A stretch of 64,000 nucleotides of DNA from Macrostomum lignano (lineage: Eukaryota), in the NCBI GenBank assembly GCA_002269645.1, contig NIVC01000024.1, positions 829,437 to 893,436 of the forward strand. The letters are read 5' to 3'. A model generated the notes under the pieces. The model saw only the letters and a program-made list of their open reading frames with translations, was not told the DNA's origin and made no database searches. A program made the position numbers and the translations under genes. Of this stretch, positions 53,771 to 64,000 are shown piece after piece. Within the stretch, counting starts at the first letter, position 1; every line of letters begins with the position of its first letter.

Positions 53771-54602
53771 TTAAATTTTGTGCCGCGTGACAGCATCACT
53801 TGTAGGGGGGGGGGGGTATAGCTGTTGTTGAATGTAGAGAGAATGCTCAATCCGACTACTCAAGTAGGACGAGAAACCTCGTTTCTTGGAAAATTTTAGG
53901 AGGCCTGTTTTACCAAAAAAATACACTACGGAGATAGGAAGTTTTCATTTTTTCAGCACAAAAATTGCTATTGCTTTTGATAGGAGGCAGATCCAGTGTT
54001 CATCTTTTGATATGTTGTGCCTTTTTTATTGCTCTATCGATATTCATAGAGCTTTTCGTTCAGGAAATTAGGATTCTATGTTAATTTTTCATTCTACGAA
54101 CATTTGAACGTATCTTGTGCCTAAAAACCATTAAACTGGCACAGCTTGGCTCATTAGTTTTATGAGTCTATTTTATCATTCTTAGCTGACTGTGGAGCAA
54201 TATGTGCAACAGAGGTGATAAAATAGATTCATAAAACCAAAGATTGGAGCTGTGCCATGCATTTTATGATTTTAGGTACAGGAAATGTACGTAGAATTAA
54301 AAATTAACATAGAATCCTAATTTGAGTTTCCAAGAAATGAGATCTCCCGTCATTCTACTCGAGTAGTCCTTGGCTCAATCACGCTCGTCACTGAATGACT
54401 ACAGAGGAAGACCAGTCCGTAGCCAGTTTTTAGCATTGCAGCCGCACGAAGGACAAAATTGCAACTGTAAAATAAATGTATTTTAATTAGCGGCATTGAC
54501 ATGAAATTTGTTAACTTCGAAGACGTGAAAACATTAATTACATAATATATGTACAATGGAGGTGTAATTTAATCAAGTCACAATTGCAAGCATTTGGACA
54601 GA

Positions 54603-56880
54603 TCAGCTGGGCAGGTCCTCATGCTTGATTGCCCAACTGGGAGCGTCAGCTGGCACAGTCCGGTTGCTATAGTGACCGGGCACTCGGACGCAGCGCTGCA
54701 GACTGGAGGCGCGCAACTTCTGCGTGGCAACCCGACGCTGATAAGTCTCGTCCAGGTGCTGCTTCATCCGACAGACCGTCTCAGACTCCCACACCAGAGA
54801 GCGGATTCGCAGTGCACTGCCGCCGCCGCTGCCGGCTTCGGTGCAGTCAGCGGCATCAGTTGTCTCCTCATCAGAGGAGGTGAACTCGCGGGTGAGCACA
54901 GTCTGATATTTGGACATCTCGTCGGAGCTCAGCTCCGGCAACAGGCGTTCGAACGCTTTCTGCCGACGGGATAACTTCTGTAGGCATTAAAACCGTGGGG
55001 TTTGTTTAGCCAAATTGTTAACATATTAAACTAATACTGGATTAATAAAGGTTCAGTAGTAAGGGGAAAATTATTGATGCAGTCGTAATGTACATTAGCT
55101 AGCTTCACTCAGAATGTACATGGCCTAATTTAGCTAAAGGCAGGGGTTGTGTGCATTCTGGCGCACTTTAAGCGACATTGTCACACAACCGGCGAGAGGC
55201 ATTACTGTCTATTCCGCCGACAAGCGCAAGGATACGTACGCAGTCATAAGCACAGCACACACTCACACAGGACTGTACAGCGGGTCTAACTTTATTTATC
55301 GTTAGGCATGTACACTTCACTGTGCCTTGGGGGTTGGCCCTCAAGGGCGTTAATTGCACGATCAGAGCCAAGCCGAGATCCCGATTTAGCCGAAAAATAA
55401 TGTGACTGCTTTTGGAATCGTTAGACCACTAGGCTACTCACCGCTTGAACGCGGAAGCACTTTCTCTGCGTGCGCTTCTTAAACTCGTATCGATACTGTT
55501 CGTCTTGGAAGAACGATGCCACAGCCGCTGATGATGAAACTGAAACAGACATGATCCGCATTTAAATAAAAATATCATTGCATTCCGAAAAATAGGCTAT
55601 GAAGTGGTGTTAGTAAAAGTTTAGAAACTTTGCTCAGGTGTTTTTTCTCCAAGATCTCCAAGCCTTAATATACGAGTCAATCTAAAGCGTTTTATTGTCT
55701 GCGACTCTGGGGCCGTAGCGTCGCATTTCGTTTTTTCTAACAACTCTATTTAGTCTACTTGAGTCAGTAGAAAGTAAAGCACAAAAACAACGACTCTTGG
55801 ACGACCTTTTCGCGACTTTTTTACGACTCTGCAACTCACGTGATGCGCTCGTGACTCAACAGTCGCCTCTACGTCGTATTTGCAGTCGTTTGAGTCGTTA
55901 AAAAGTCTCAAGAGTCTCCCTAAGGTCGCTTGAGTGACAAGTGAATTGTTTGAAATGACTCTTTAGCTTATCAGCTAAACTTTGCCTGTTCATAAAATTC
56001 ACGTCATTAGGGAGGAAATTACTGAGATGTTCGTGGGTGAGAGCGCCAATTGCAGATATCCAGTGCTTCCAGGACAGCTACAGGTACACAGGTACAAAAA
56101 CTAAATTAAGCAGGTCTCACATTTCAACTGTTCAACAGAAACGCCGCTGGATGGACCAAGATTTGTTGACGCGATGTGATTGAAAATCTTGTCCGTAACA
56201 GCCTGATTGACTGGGTCGTTCCATCTGAAGAAATAAATAAATAAAATTTAGAATTGAAAATTTACACAGCCGATAAAGATGAAAGGATTGTTGGCAACTC
56301 ACCGTCGACTCAAATCATACAGATGCAGCTGCTTAGCGGAGCTGCATAAAGCTCGATAGGCCTGCTTAATCAGCTGCTTAACCTGCTCGGTACTCACTGA
56401 CGCCAGCTCTCCGACATCGCTACCTTCGATACTGTCGGGGCAGCCGTCTCCTTGCCCGGCGGCCATCAATACAACGCAGTCATCATTGTCGCCTTCGCCA
56501 TAATGTTTAGCTTCGTCTGGCAGAACGAATTCCTGGTCGTTACTGTCTGTAATGTCCAAAGACTCAAACTTCGGTCGCTTTGTACAAGTAGGAGGTGAGT
56601 CTGGGCGTTGACGCTGACTCCGCTGGTTCTTAGTTGATGAAGCATTGAACGATTGACGCTTAGACAGATCCTCCAACTGAGCGCAGGTGCTGCTGACTCC
56701 GGGCTCCAGGATGGTCAGCACCCTGCCGTGCAGACTGCCAATGATGCGCAGTGCGGATACCAGCTCCGGGAGAGACATGCTCTCCAGCAGCATGTCCGCA
56801 TTGTTCATGGTGCATTCGAACAGTGTTAAAGAGTTAAATGCTGGGGCAGAAGCAACCGCCGGAGACGCTGCCGTAGCCAT
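54603..56880 (-). CDS. Four-exon uncharacterised protein, ~380 aa, of a type associated with DNA transposons. Exons 56880-56303, 56224-56121, 55527-55442, 54977-54603
   Basis: Phase-consistent GT-AG splicing (2,1,0) gives ...RWNDPVNQAVTDKIF...AVASFF...KLSRRQK...EFTSSDEE...SLVWES...LD...P..APSWAI-stop. The transposon association is from recall of similar motifs, not a search. Alternative acceptor at 55539. Confidence 0.7.
55135..55420 (-). mobile_element. SINE family B copy in intron 3 of the 54.6-56.9 kb gene
   Basis: Matches 42505-42800. Confidence 0.7.
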
Positions 56881-57495
56881 CTAGTGCAGCAAATTTGGCA
56901 TTCATTTTTAATGAATATTCTAATATTTTTTATGAAAATTTTTAAATATCGCTGTCTTAATACACGAGACAGCACACGGCACAAAACAGCCACCCTATAG
57001 ATAATAACTCAATACTCACAATGCACACTTGGTTGCACCCTCATAAATGGCATTTTGGGGTACCTCCCCGATGACTCATCAGTCAATTAGAGTCGCCTAA
57101 CAGTCAATTTGAGACATTTTTTGTCTGTGACTGTGAAACGACTCCGGAGGTGGGGGCGCATCTTTGATGACTCTGAGGCCGTAGAGTCGTATTGAGCCAT
57201 GCTAGAGTTGCTGCAGAATCACCGAGTTTTGTCTACGTCACTGTGTCACTTTTTGAATTAGAATCGCATTTCAAATTTATTAGAATTCTAATTAGTCTAC
57301 TTGAGTCAGTAGGAAGTTAAGCGTTAAAACGACTCTTGGATGACTTTTTCGTGACTCAAACGATTCTGCAACTCACGTGACGCGCTCGCGACTTAACAAT
57401 CGCCTCTCCGTCGCATTGCAGTCGTTTGAGTCGTTAAAAAGTCACAACAATCGCCCCAGAGTCGCTAGTGAGCTGTTTGCAATGAGCCTTTAGCC
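55705..57495. repeat. Dispersed direct repeat pair (~55745-55975 and ~57290-57495), rich in GACTC/GAGTC
   Basis: TAGTCTACTTGAGTCAGTAG...GCAACTCACGTGA...GCAGTCGTTTGAGTCGTTAAAAAGTC occurs in both. Confidence 0.75.
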
Positions 57496-58319
57496 ATTGT
57501 TGTCACGGTAACGTTCTCAACAAGCCCAAGGTGATTTTCTTATAAAGCATGGAGAAACCAGTAGGAGCTAAGCCAGGAATCGAGCCCGGGACCTTGACTC
57601 CCTTTAACGCTAGGCTACCCAGCCTTTTTGGCATAGTTTACGCAAGCATAGTTTAAGCAAGTCCCTGGATTGAACTCAAAGGTTATTTGACAGCACAGCA
57701 GTGTAAATGGTAGGGTAGAACTGTTAATATTTCATTTGATTTACAAATTTTTAACTGATGGCACCTGGCATCCCGGTTATAAATTTGGCATCCAACCATG
57801 TTTTAAAAAGCTACCTTAGTGTTACTGCCCCAGCGCAATCTAAAATTAAGCTAAAGTTTAACAAAAAATTAAAACAAAAGACATAAAATAACTAATTAAT
57901 GCATTTTACTTAAAGTACTCTGGTCAAGTCAGTTGAAAACAAATAAAATTACATAGTTAGAAAAGACTAGACAAATACTGGGAAGCGTTCCTTGCAGTTG
58001 TAGTAATTTCAAGTGTGTACACATCGAGCACCGAAACTGTTTGATGTACAGCAGTAACATACCGTTATAGCATAAATAATTATATGTACAAAATCGCTAA
58101 CAGTAGCAAGTATCAAGCATTGCACTACAAATTTAGGCAGTAACACGCATTTAGACAGCAATAGTCTGCCAGTTTGATTTTATACTGCATTGTTAATTTT
58201 TAATAGTACTACTGATACTACTACTACGAGTACTATATCTAAATGTGTAGAGTTACGGACATAGAAATATTTGCCACTGAATAACTGGGACTTAAAGGAT
58301 TTAAAAGACTGGGGGGCGC

Positions 58320-58505
58320 GCCACACACATCCTCAATTATCCCAGCTAATGCTGGCACCCATTTTACAGCTGGGTGAACTGAAGCAATGCAGAGTTAAGT
58401 GTCTTGCTCAAGGACACAAATTGTTCCAAGTGGGGTCGGGAATCGAACCCCTGACCTTTCAGTTGAGTCAGACTCAGACAATATCCACTAGGCTACGACC
58501 CCTGT
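58320..58505 (-). mobile_element. tRNA-derived SINE, family A
   Basis: Minus strand GGTCGTAGCCTAGTGG (A-box) ...GGTTCGATTCCC (B-box), followed by a body shared with 39345-39490. Confidence 0.7.
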
Positions 58506-58573
58506 TAGTCACAATACCTACACTGTCAGTCAATAAATCAATCAAAAGTAGGCAACGGCTATATTTACTCGGG

Positions 58574-59030
58574 CTACACAGCACAGTACGGAGTGACGCC
58601 AGTATCGCAGTGCAATTGAACGCACACCACTGAAGCTGGCTGTGCTCCATCAATAGCCAGGCTGTACCGGCGGGTCACCCGATACCGCAAGCTGTCCATA
58701 CCGCTGGTTCTATCTCGCCTGAAGGTCAATTCCCGCTGATTGCCAACAATGCGGCTGTCCCGGGCGTGCCTGCGCGGATCGTGCAGATGGACGAAACTGG
58801 CCGTGCCGCTTGACAGATTGCGCAATCGACCAATAGACAGACCGGCCTCCATTAATCTAAGCCGGAACTCGTCGTCCTCGCGACCCCAGCCCCAGAATAG
58901 GTTGGAGAAGCCGCCAGACTTGGCGAATGCCTCACGCGTTAACAGCAGAATGCCGCCCATGTACTCTTTGTAGTGGTACTGCGGGTTGAGGGTTGACGGG
59001 TCGACGGTGTTCTTGAATGGGGCTTCATTG
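58574..59030 (-). CDS. B4GALT7: Beta-1,4-galactosyltransferase 7 (xylosylprotein galactosyltransferase), C-terminal part only
   Basis: LNPQYHYKEYMGGILLL...SNLFWGWGREDDEF...FVHLHDP...RD...LHCD...TPYC matches B4GALT7. The N-terminal TM region and DVD motif are not present in the window. Confidence 0.85.
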
Positions 59031-60060
59031 CGATTGTTTCTTAGCAGTACATCACAACTCTTTTTTGAAGGGTTGTACATGTACAGGACAACTCTCTTTT
59101 GAAGGATTGTACATGTACATGATGTAACCGCCCTTGTCGCCTGTCCGCTCCGTAGAGAGACGAACGCATGGCTAGAGGGGGCAATGACCGTAGGCTGCCT
59201 ATGACCGGGCAATGACCTGACGGACCTCCAGCACCAGACTGTCCCGCCCACATGATTAGTAGCTTTGGTAGCGCTTCGTGACCAGAGGGCCAAGGACCCA
59301 CATGGACCCCACCTGTAGCCAAGGTGCAATAGTTGGTCACTCGGTCATGGTATGACCGAGTGGCTGCCACCACTCTATGTGACCTGGCGCACCTGGATCT
59401 TTCTACCAGACCTCTCGAGGCTAGAGCCCCGCCTGGATTGGTTACCAGGGGATTTAGGCTAACAGGGGAGACGCATGCAGCCGAGTACAGGGACTCTGCT
59501 TGGGGCATGATCGGGAACTCTGGGCTCAATCCTGGAGGATTTCTCAGCAGGGGATCCTTTGTGGCTGTGAGCGAGGCTGACTTGCGACTTTGATTACTAA
59601 GAGTAGTATGAGGCGAACATGTACTGTCTACAGTTTAGATTGCTCAGGGCGAAGGGACGCGTTAGCATGGGGTTGCAACCTTCCTGCTGCCATTCTGTGC
59701 CAAGACTCGCTAATCCCTCTACTGCACGCACACGCGGCCCCGCAGCACGCACTCACAGGCGGGCTTTGCACGGGGAGAGGCCATTAGCTTACCCAAACTT
59801 CCTTATGCTTTGCCACCCCGGGAGAAAGGCTTAGCAAGCCATGAGTGAAATGATGGTGAAAGATTGAATAATGATGAAGTTAGTTAATAGTTAATAATTA
59901 GGCCCTTAGGCAAATAATCAGGCAATTAGGCGGCTTCACTATTGAGTAAAATACAGCAAAAGATACGGTATCACAATTGGCTCAGCTCTCTAATCAGACA
60001 ATGGAAAATAGGCAAACCCCGGATAAGCAAAGGCAATTAGAGCACAAATTAGTAACAGGA

Positions 60061-60476
60061 ACTTACCGGCAGCTGCACAGAGAGAGAGAGAGGCGGAGTG
60101 ACCGAGGGCGGCTGTAGGCTGCAATCAGGCAGACGGTGAAGCGGCGATGCGCTGGAGCGACGAGGCGCTGATGTGGATCAGGCGATGCTGATGATGCTGG
60201 GCGGTATCAGACCGCTGGCCGATAGGCGAGCTCACTTGGGGAGCTAAGGATAACTTGGCGGTAACAGACCGCGGACCGGCAGGGACTCGTCTTATAGACG
60301 AATGGGTCAGAACTCAATCTGACGGCAAGTCCAAAGAAGGACGAGGAGAGGAAAAGTTGAGTATTCTCATGCCGAAATCGCTTCCTTTTATAGACCTCAC
60401 AGCCGCCTCCTCAAGGTCGTTACCGTGGCTCCCTCTCTCTGATTGGCTGCCGGCAGAATGACGTCAGAATGAGTCA
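60061..60476 (-). promoter_or_regulatory. Candidate Pol II promoter (AP-1, CRE, CCAAT, TATAAAAGG) with first-exon donor
   Basis: TGAGTCA 60470-76, TGACGTCA 60459-66, CCAATC 60446-41, TATAAAAGG 60392-84, G|GTAAGT at 60066. Confidence 0.5.
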
Positions 60477-61929
60477 TGATGAGAAGCATGAGACCGGCAT
60501 AGCAACATGAGAAATAGGGAAATTGCGCAATCCGGAGGTGGGGTGGGGGGATAATTGGCGCAGCGGGAGGTCGCGAAAGTGTTGCGCAAGCAAACATTGA
60601 GAACAATAGGGCTGGGGTCGAGAACAAAGGAATTGGAAATCGGGGATAATTGGGGAAAACTGAGAACAATGGAAAAGTAAACATTGGAGAAAAGGTGATA
60701 ATTAGGTGCGAAAACGAGAACAAAAGAAAGAGAAAATCGGAGAAAATGTGATAATTGGTGGGGGTCGAGAGAACAAAAGAATCAAAAACGAGAACAATAG
60801 AAGCGGAGGTGGGGTGGGTGTCGCATGAGAAATTTGGGGAGGAGAACAATAGCATGAGAAAAGGTTGCGCAAGAGAGGGGGATGAGTCATCGATGAGTCA
60901 TCGGGGGGAAGAAGGGGTCACACGACTTGCGTCACCGTTTGGGAGTTTGGGAGGGGATGGGGAGACGGTGAGCACACAAAATACTGTAAGTAGACACAGA
61001 GAAGGAGGGGACAGCGCAGGAAAAAAAAAGTGCAGAGAGAGATAAAAAGAGGGGGGAAAGGGAAAGTACAGGAAGAATAGGGCGGAAACAGAAGAGATAG
61101 GGTAGAGGGGGAGGTACAGAAAGGGGTAGGGGGCTCCGGAAAGGCAGGTGTGGCGGCAGGAGAGACGGGACCAAGGCAGCAGGAGGGGTGCAGCAGAGCG
61201 GGAGTCTCCAGGCCCGGTCGGAGACCTGGCCGAGTCTCGACAGCTCTGTGCAGAGGGTGCACGGGATAGGAGGCACTTTCGAAAAAGTTCCCATGCCCTA
61301 TCCCGCGACCAGAGCGTGGTTACATCACACCCCCACTGCCTTTTGTGACGGAACTGGTTCCGTCATCATCACTGCCCAACATGGAACCACACAGACGGGA
61401 GCGGGATCTCAACCGAACGTGAAATCACAGAATTAACAAACGCGAGCGGGAATGGAAAAAGGCGATAAAATAGAGGGGATAGCAATAAATTCACAAAACG
61501 AGATACATAGGTTGAAGTGCAATACAGATTTTCAAAAATTTCAACTGTTGCTGTGGCTAAAGTGGGAGGGGGGAAACACAGACAGCGCAATAGTAGGGAG
61601 AAAAATAGCGAATTGTCAACAATAAATTATCATAATTGGATAGAAGCGCAGCTGGGAAAGAGAGGAAACGGGGAAGGGTGAGGGAAGTGGGGAAAAAGAA
61701 GGGGGAAGGGTTGCTAGCACACAGCCAAGGGCAGAGCCTCGGGGAGAATGACAATTACACAGGGGAAAAATACTAATGCAGCGCAGTAAATTAATAAGCT
61801 AATTTCGCCGGGAGTTCAACCGCACGGAGGCCTAGCGTCCTTGAAGGCTCGGACCCCGCTTCAGCCAGTCAGAGGGCTTCGGGCGATCGGTTGTAGGCTG
61901 GGAGGCGCCGCGCCGTGCGCTGGCCACTG

Positions 61930-62042
61930 TATAAAAGGCGCCACTGATAACGGGAGCCGGCTGCCTGCAACCTACACGGAGTCGCAGTTTCCAACCAAGG
62001 CACTCAGCGCGATTTTCCAAACTATACAACTACTCGGTAAGT
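61930..62042 (+). promoter_or_regulatory. Candidate Pol II promoter TATAAAAGG with first-exon donor
   Basis: TATAAAAGG 61930-38; G|GTAAGT at 62037; candidate acceptor TTTTCAG at 62859. Confidence 0.4.
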
Positions 62043-64000
62043 CCCATCACCAACCTGATTTCCTTTCGCCTATACGTTAAACGAAATCCACCCACTTGCC
62101 ATGCCTTTCATATTAAACTGAGCCAACTGTAGTAGTACAATATGTCTTTTCTTACGGTACTAAGAGTGAGAGGCCAACACAGACTTATTTTTATGAATTT
62201 GATTGACGCACAACAAAGACTCGTATATTATTAGTAAAAGGTGGCATATTAGAAAAACAAGTTTTTATTAGAAAAATAGTGAAATTAAAAATAGTGGCAC
62301 ACACAGAAACACACACACAGGCCTCATTCACATCTCCGAAACCCTCAAAAACTTAACAGCCGAAAGAGTTTTGAAAGAGGAATTAGTCATTAATTTGACT
62401 GCCACCAGTTTGATGTACTATTATAAAAAGAAAAGGGGAACCTACCACCACCTTGGCGCATTACTAAAGAAAAGAAAAGGAGGATCCGCCACCATTTTGA
62501 GAGAGGTTGCTAGGGAAAACTGCCACCATTTGTACATTACCAGGGAAGAGAAAGAGGGACCTCGTCACCAATTAGAGTGGATTGCACGGCGGGAAACTGT
62601 CACCATTTGCCCTTCTACCAGAGGAGAGGAAGACGAAAAAACTGCCTTCACTTTGAGGTGTATTATTAAAAGAAGGCGGGAATAAGGCTACCACTACTTG
62701 ATCACCTAGAGCTCAAGAGAAGGAGAGGGAATGAAGAAATGAAGAAACCCCCAAAAGGCCACTATCACACGCCATAAAGTTAAGATCCCCATCTATCTAC
62801 ATCCTAATAATTTGCTAGTTTCCTAACTCCTATCTCATCCCTTAAATTCTCATTTTCAGGATTCCGGCCGCTAGTAGCCGAGCCCATCCTTGAAGAGGAG
62901 TCCGACTACGAAGCGCCCGAAGACAGCCATTCAGAGCCGGACGCCCCCTCTGATTCTGGGCCGGCTGCGCCATCTGGTGACATAGGCGCCGCGGCTCCCG
63001 GGCCATGCGACCGCCGAGCCGCCAGCGAACCAGCGTCCGGGCCGGTTGGCATTCGGTACCACCGCCGTTGTCAGCCCGAGCGCACGCTCCGCCGCCGGTC
63101 GCCGCGGTGGCGCCCGTGGCTGCCGCTCCACAGCCCTTGCCAACCCCTGTGGTGGAGACCGACGGCTCCTGGCACTTGGTCGTGCTGTCGACGGCCCTAA
63201 TAGCCGGTCTCACAATGCACTGGCTACTGCTCTTGGAGCTATTTCTGCGGCTTCCCAACTGCTGATGCTGGTGGTTCTTAATGCTTACTTAACTTACTAA
63301 TTCTAAACTATCTGTCCCCATAACTTGACTTTAATTAACTCTCTACTTTACATTGACTAAACCACTGGCCTACTCTAAACTAATTGCTGCCCCATTTGCC
63401 TGATAAACTTAATTACATCGAATGCCCCCCCTATTGCCTCATCGAAACCAATTAAAAGTTTCCCAAAATCGGACTTTCACAAAGTGTGAACAAACACACG
63501 AAATCAGACCTAAAGGTGCTAATTTCCTACGGTCCCAGACTTCCATTGTTCCCAGAAAATCTTAAACAGCGGGACAGGACCTCCTGTGGAGCAGACCCAT
63601 AGAAATTTTACTAGTTTCCAAGTTAATATTACTGTTTAGGCGAATTAACGCATACCGTACGGGCCTAATTTTCAGCTAAAATCTTAGATATTTAAACAAC
63701 ACAACGAGCACGACGGTCACAACATAAATTCGAGTAATAGAGGGCATACGTAAATACGCGAAAAGCGGTCTCCAACGGGCAACACGAGCAAAATTTCGAC
63801 ACGCGAATCGGGGGGCGGGAATTAAGCAATCACTGGCTAGCTACCGATCTGTTACTCAGCGGGGGTCGAATGGGAGACTCACACTTAGCAAGTAAACCTT
63901 TTCTGTTCGATAGTCTATGATAGCATGCGTACTGGCTAGAAAAGCCACTACCCAGAGGGAAACTGCTGCTGGAATTGCCAACGACCAGAAAGAGGATTCT

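Noticed and set aside
59123-61324. Solo LTR (TGTAACC...GGTTACA)
   Set aside because: No direct TSD, no clear PBS or polypurine tract at the ends, and no second copy in the window; kept only as an open finding.
62842-63300. Overlapping GC-rich ORFs at 62.8-63.3 kb as genes
   Set aside because: Low complexity, several frames open, no recognisable domain.

Overview
Eukaryotic (metazoan) genomic DNA, not prokaryotic. GC-rich exons are separated by GT-AG introns, many filled by their own private minisatellite. The style suggests a macrostomid flatworm, but that is inference only. Genes reconstructed by hand with phase-consistent splicing: the 3' end of a coiled-coil gene (+), a calmodulin-like gene (+), a small secreted Cys-containing orphan (-), a 7-exon lysyl oxidase-like gene with two SRCR domains (-), AP-3 delta adaptin (+), and an ankyrin/DHHC-type membrane protein whose DHHC motif is replaced by WRHS (+). 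An intronless island at 41.8-47.9 kb holds two intact C-type lectin/PAN-like genes and one pseudogene. These flank a secreted precursor made of two homologous ~205-aa Cys-free domains, each preceded by a furin-type site, with one in-frame TAG in its pro-region. The 49-64 kb region is transposon-rich: MITEs, SINEs, a Tc1 remnant, a 4-exon transposon-type gene, a BEN-like ORF, the 3' part of B4GALT7 and two divergent TATA promoters. Most notable: the lectin-flanked tandem-domain precursor, a tandem array of ~13 RFX X-box-like motifs, and the apparently catalytically dead DHHC protein. All coordinates were read by eye; repeat boundaries are approximate.
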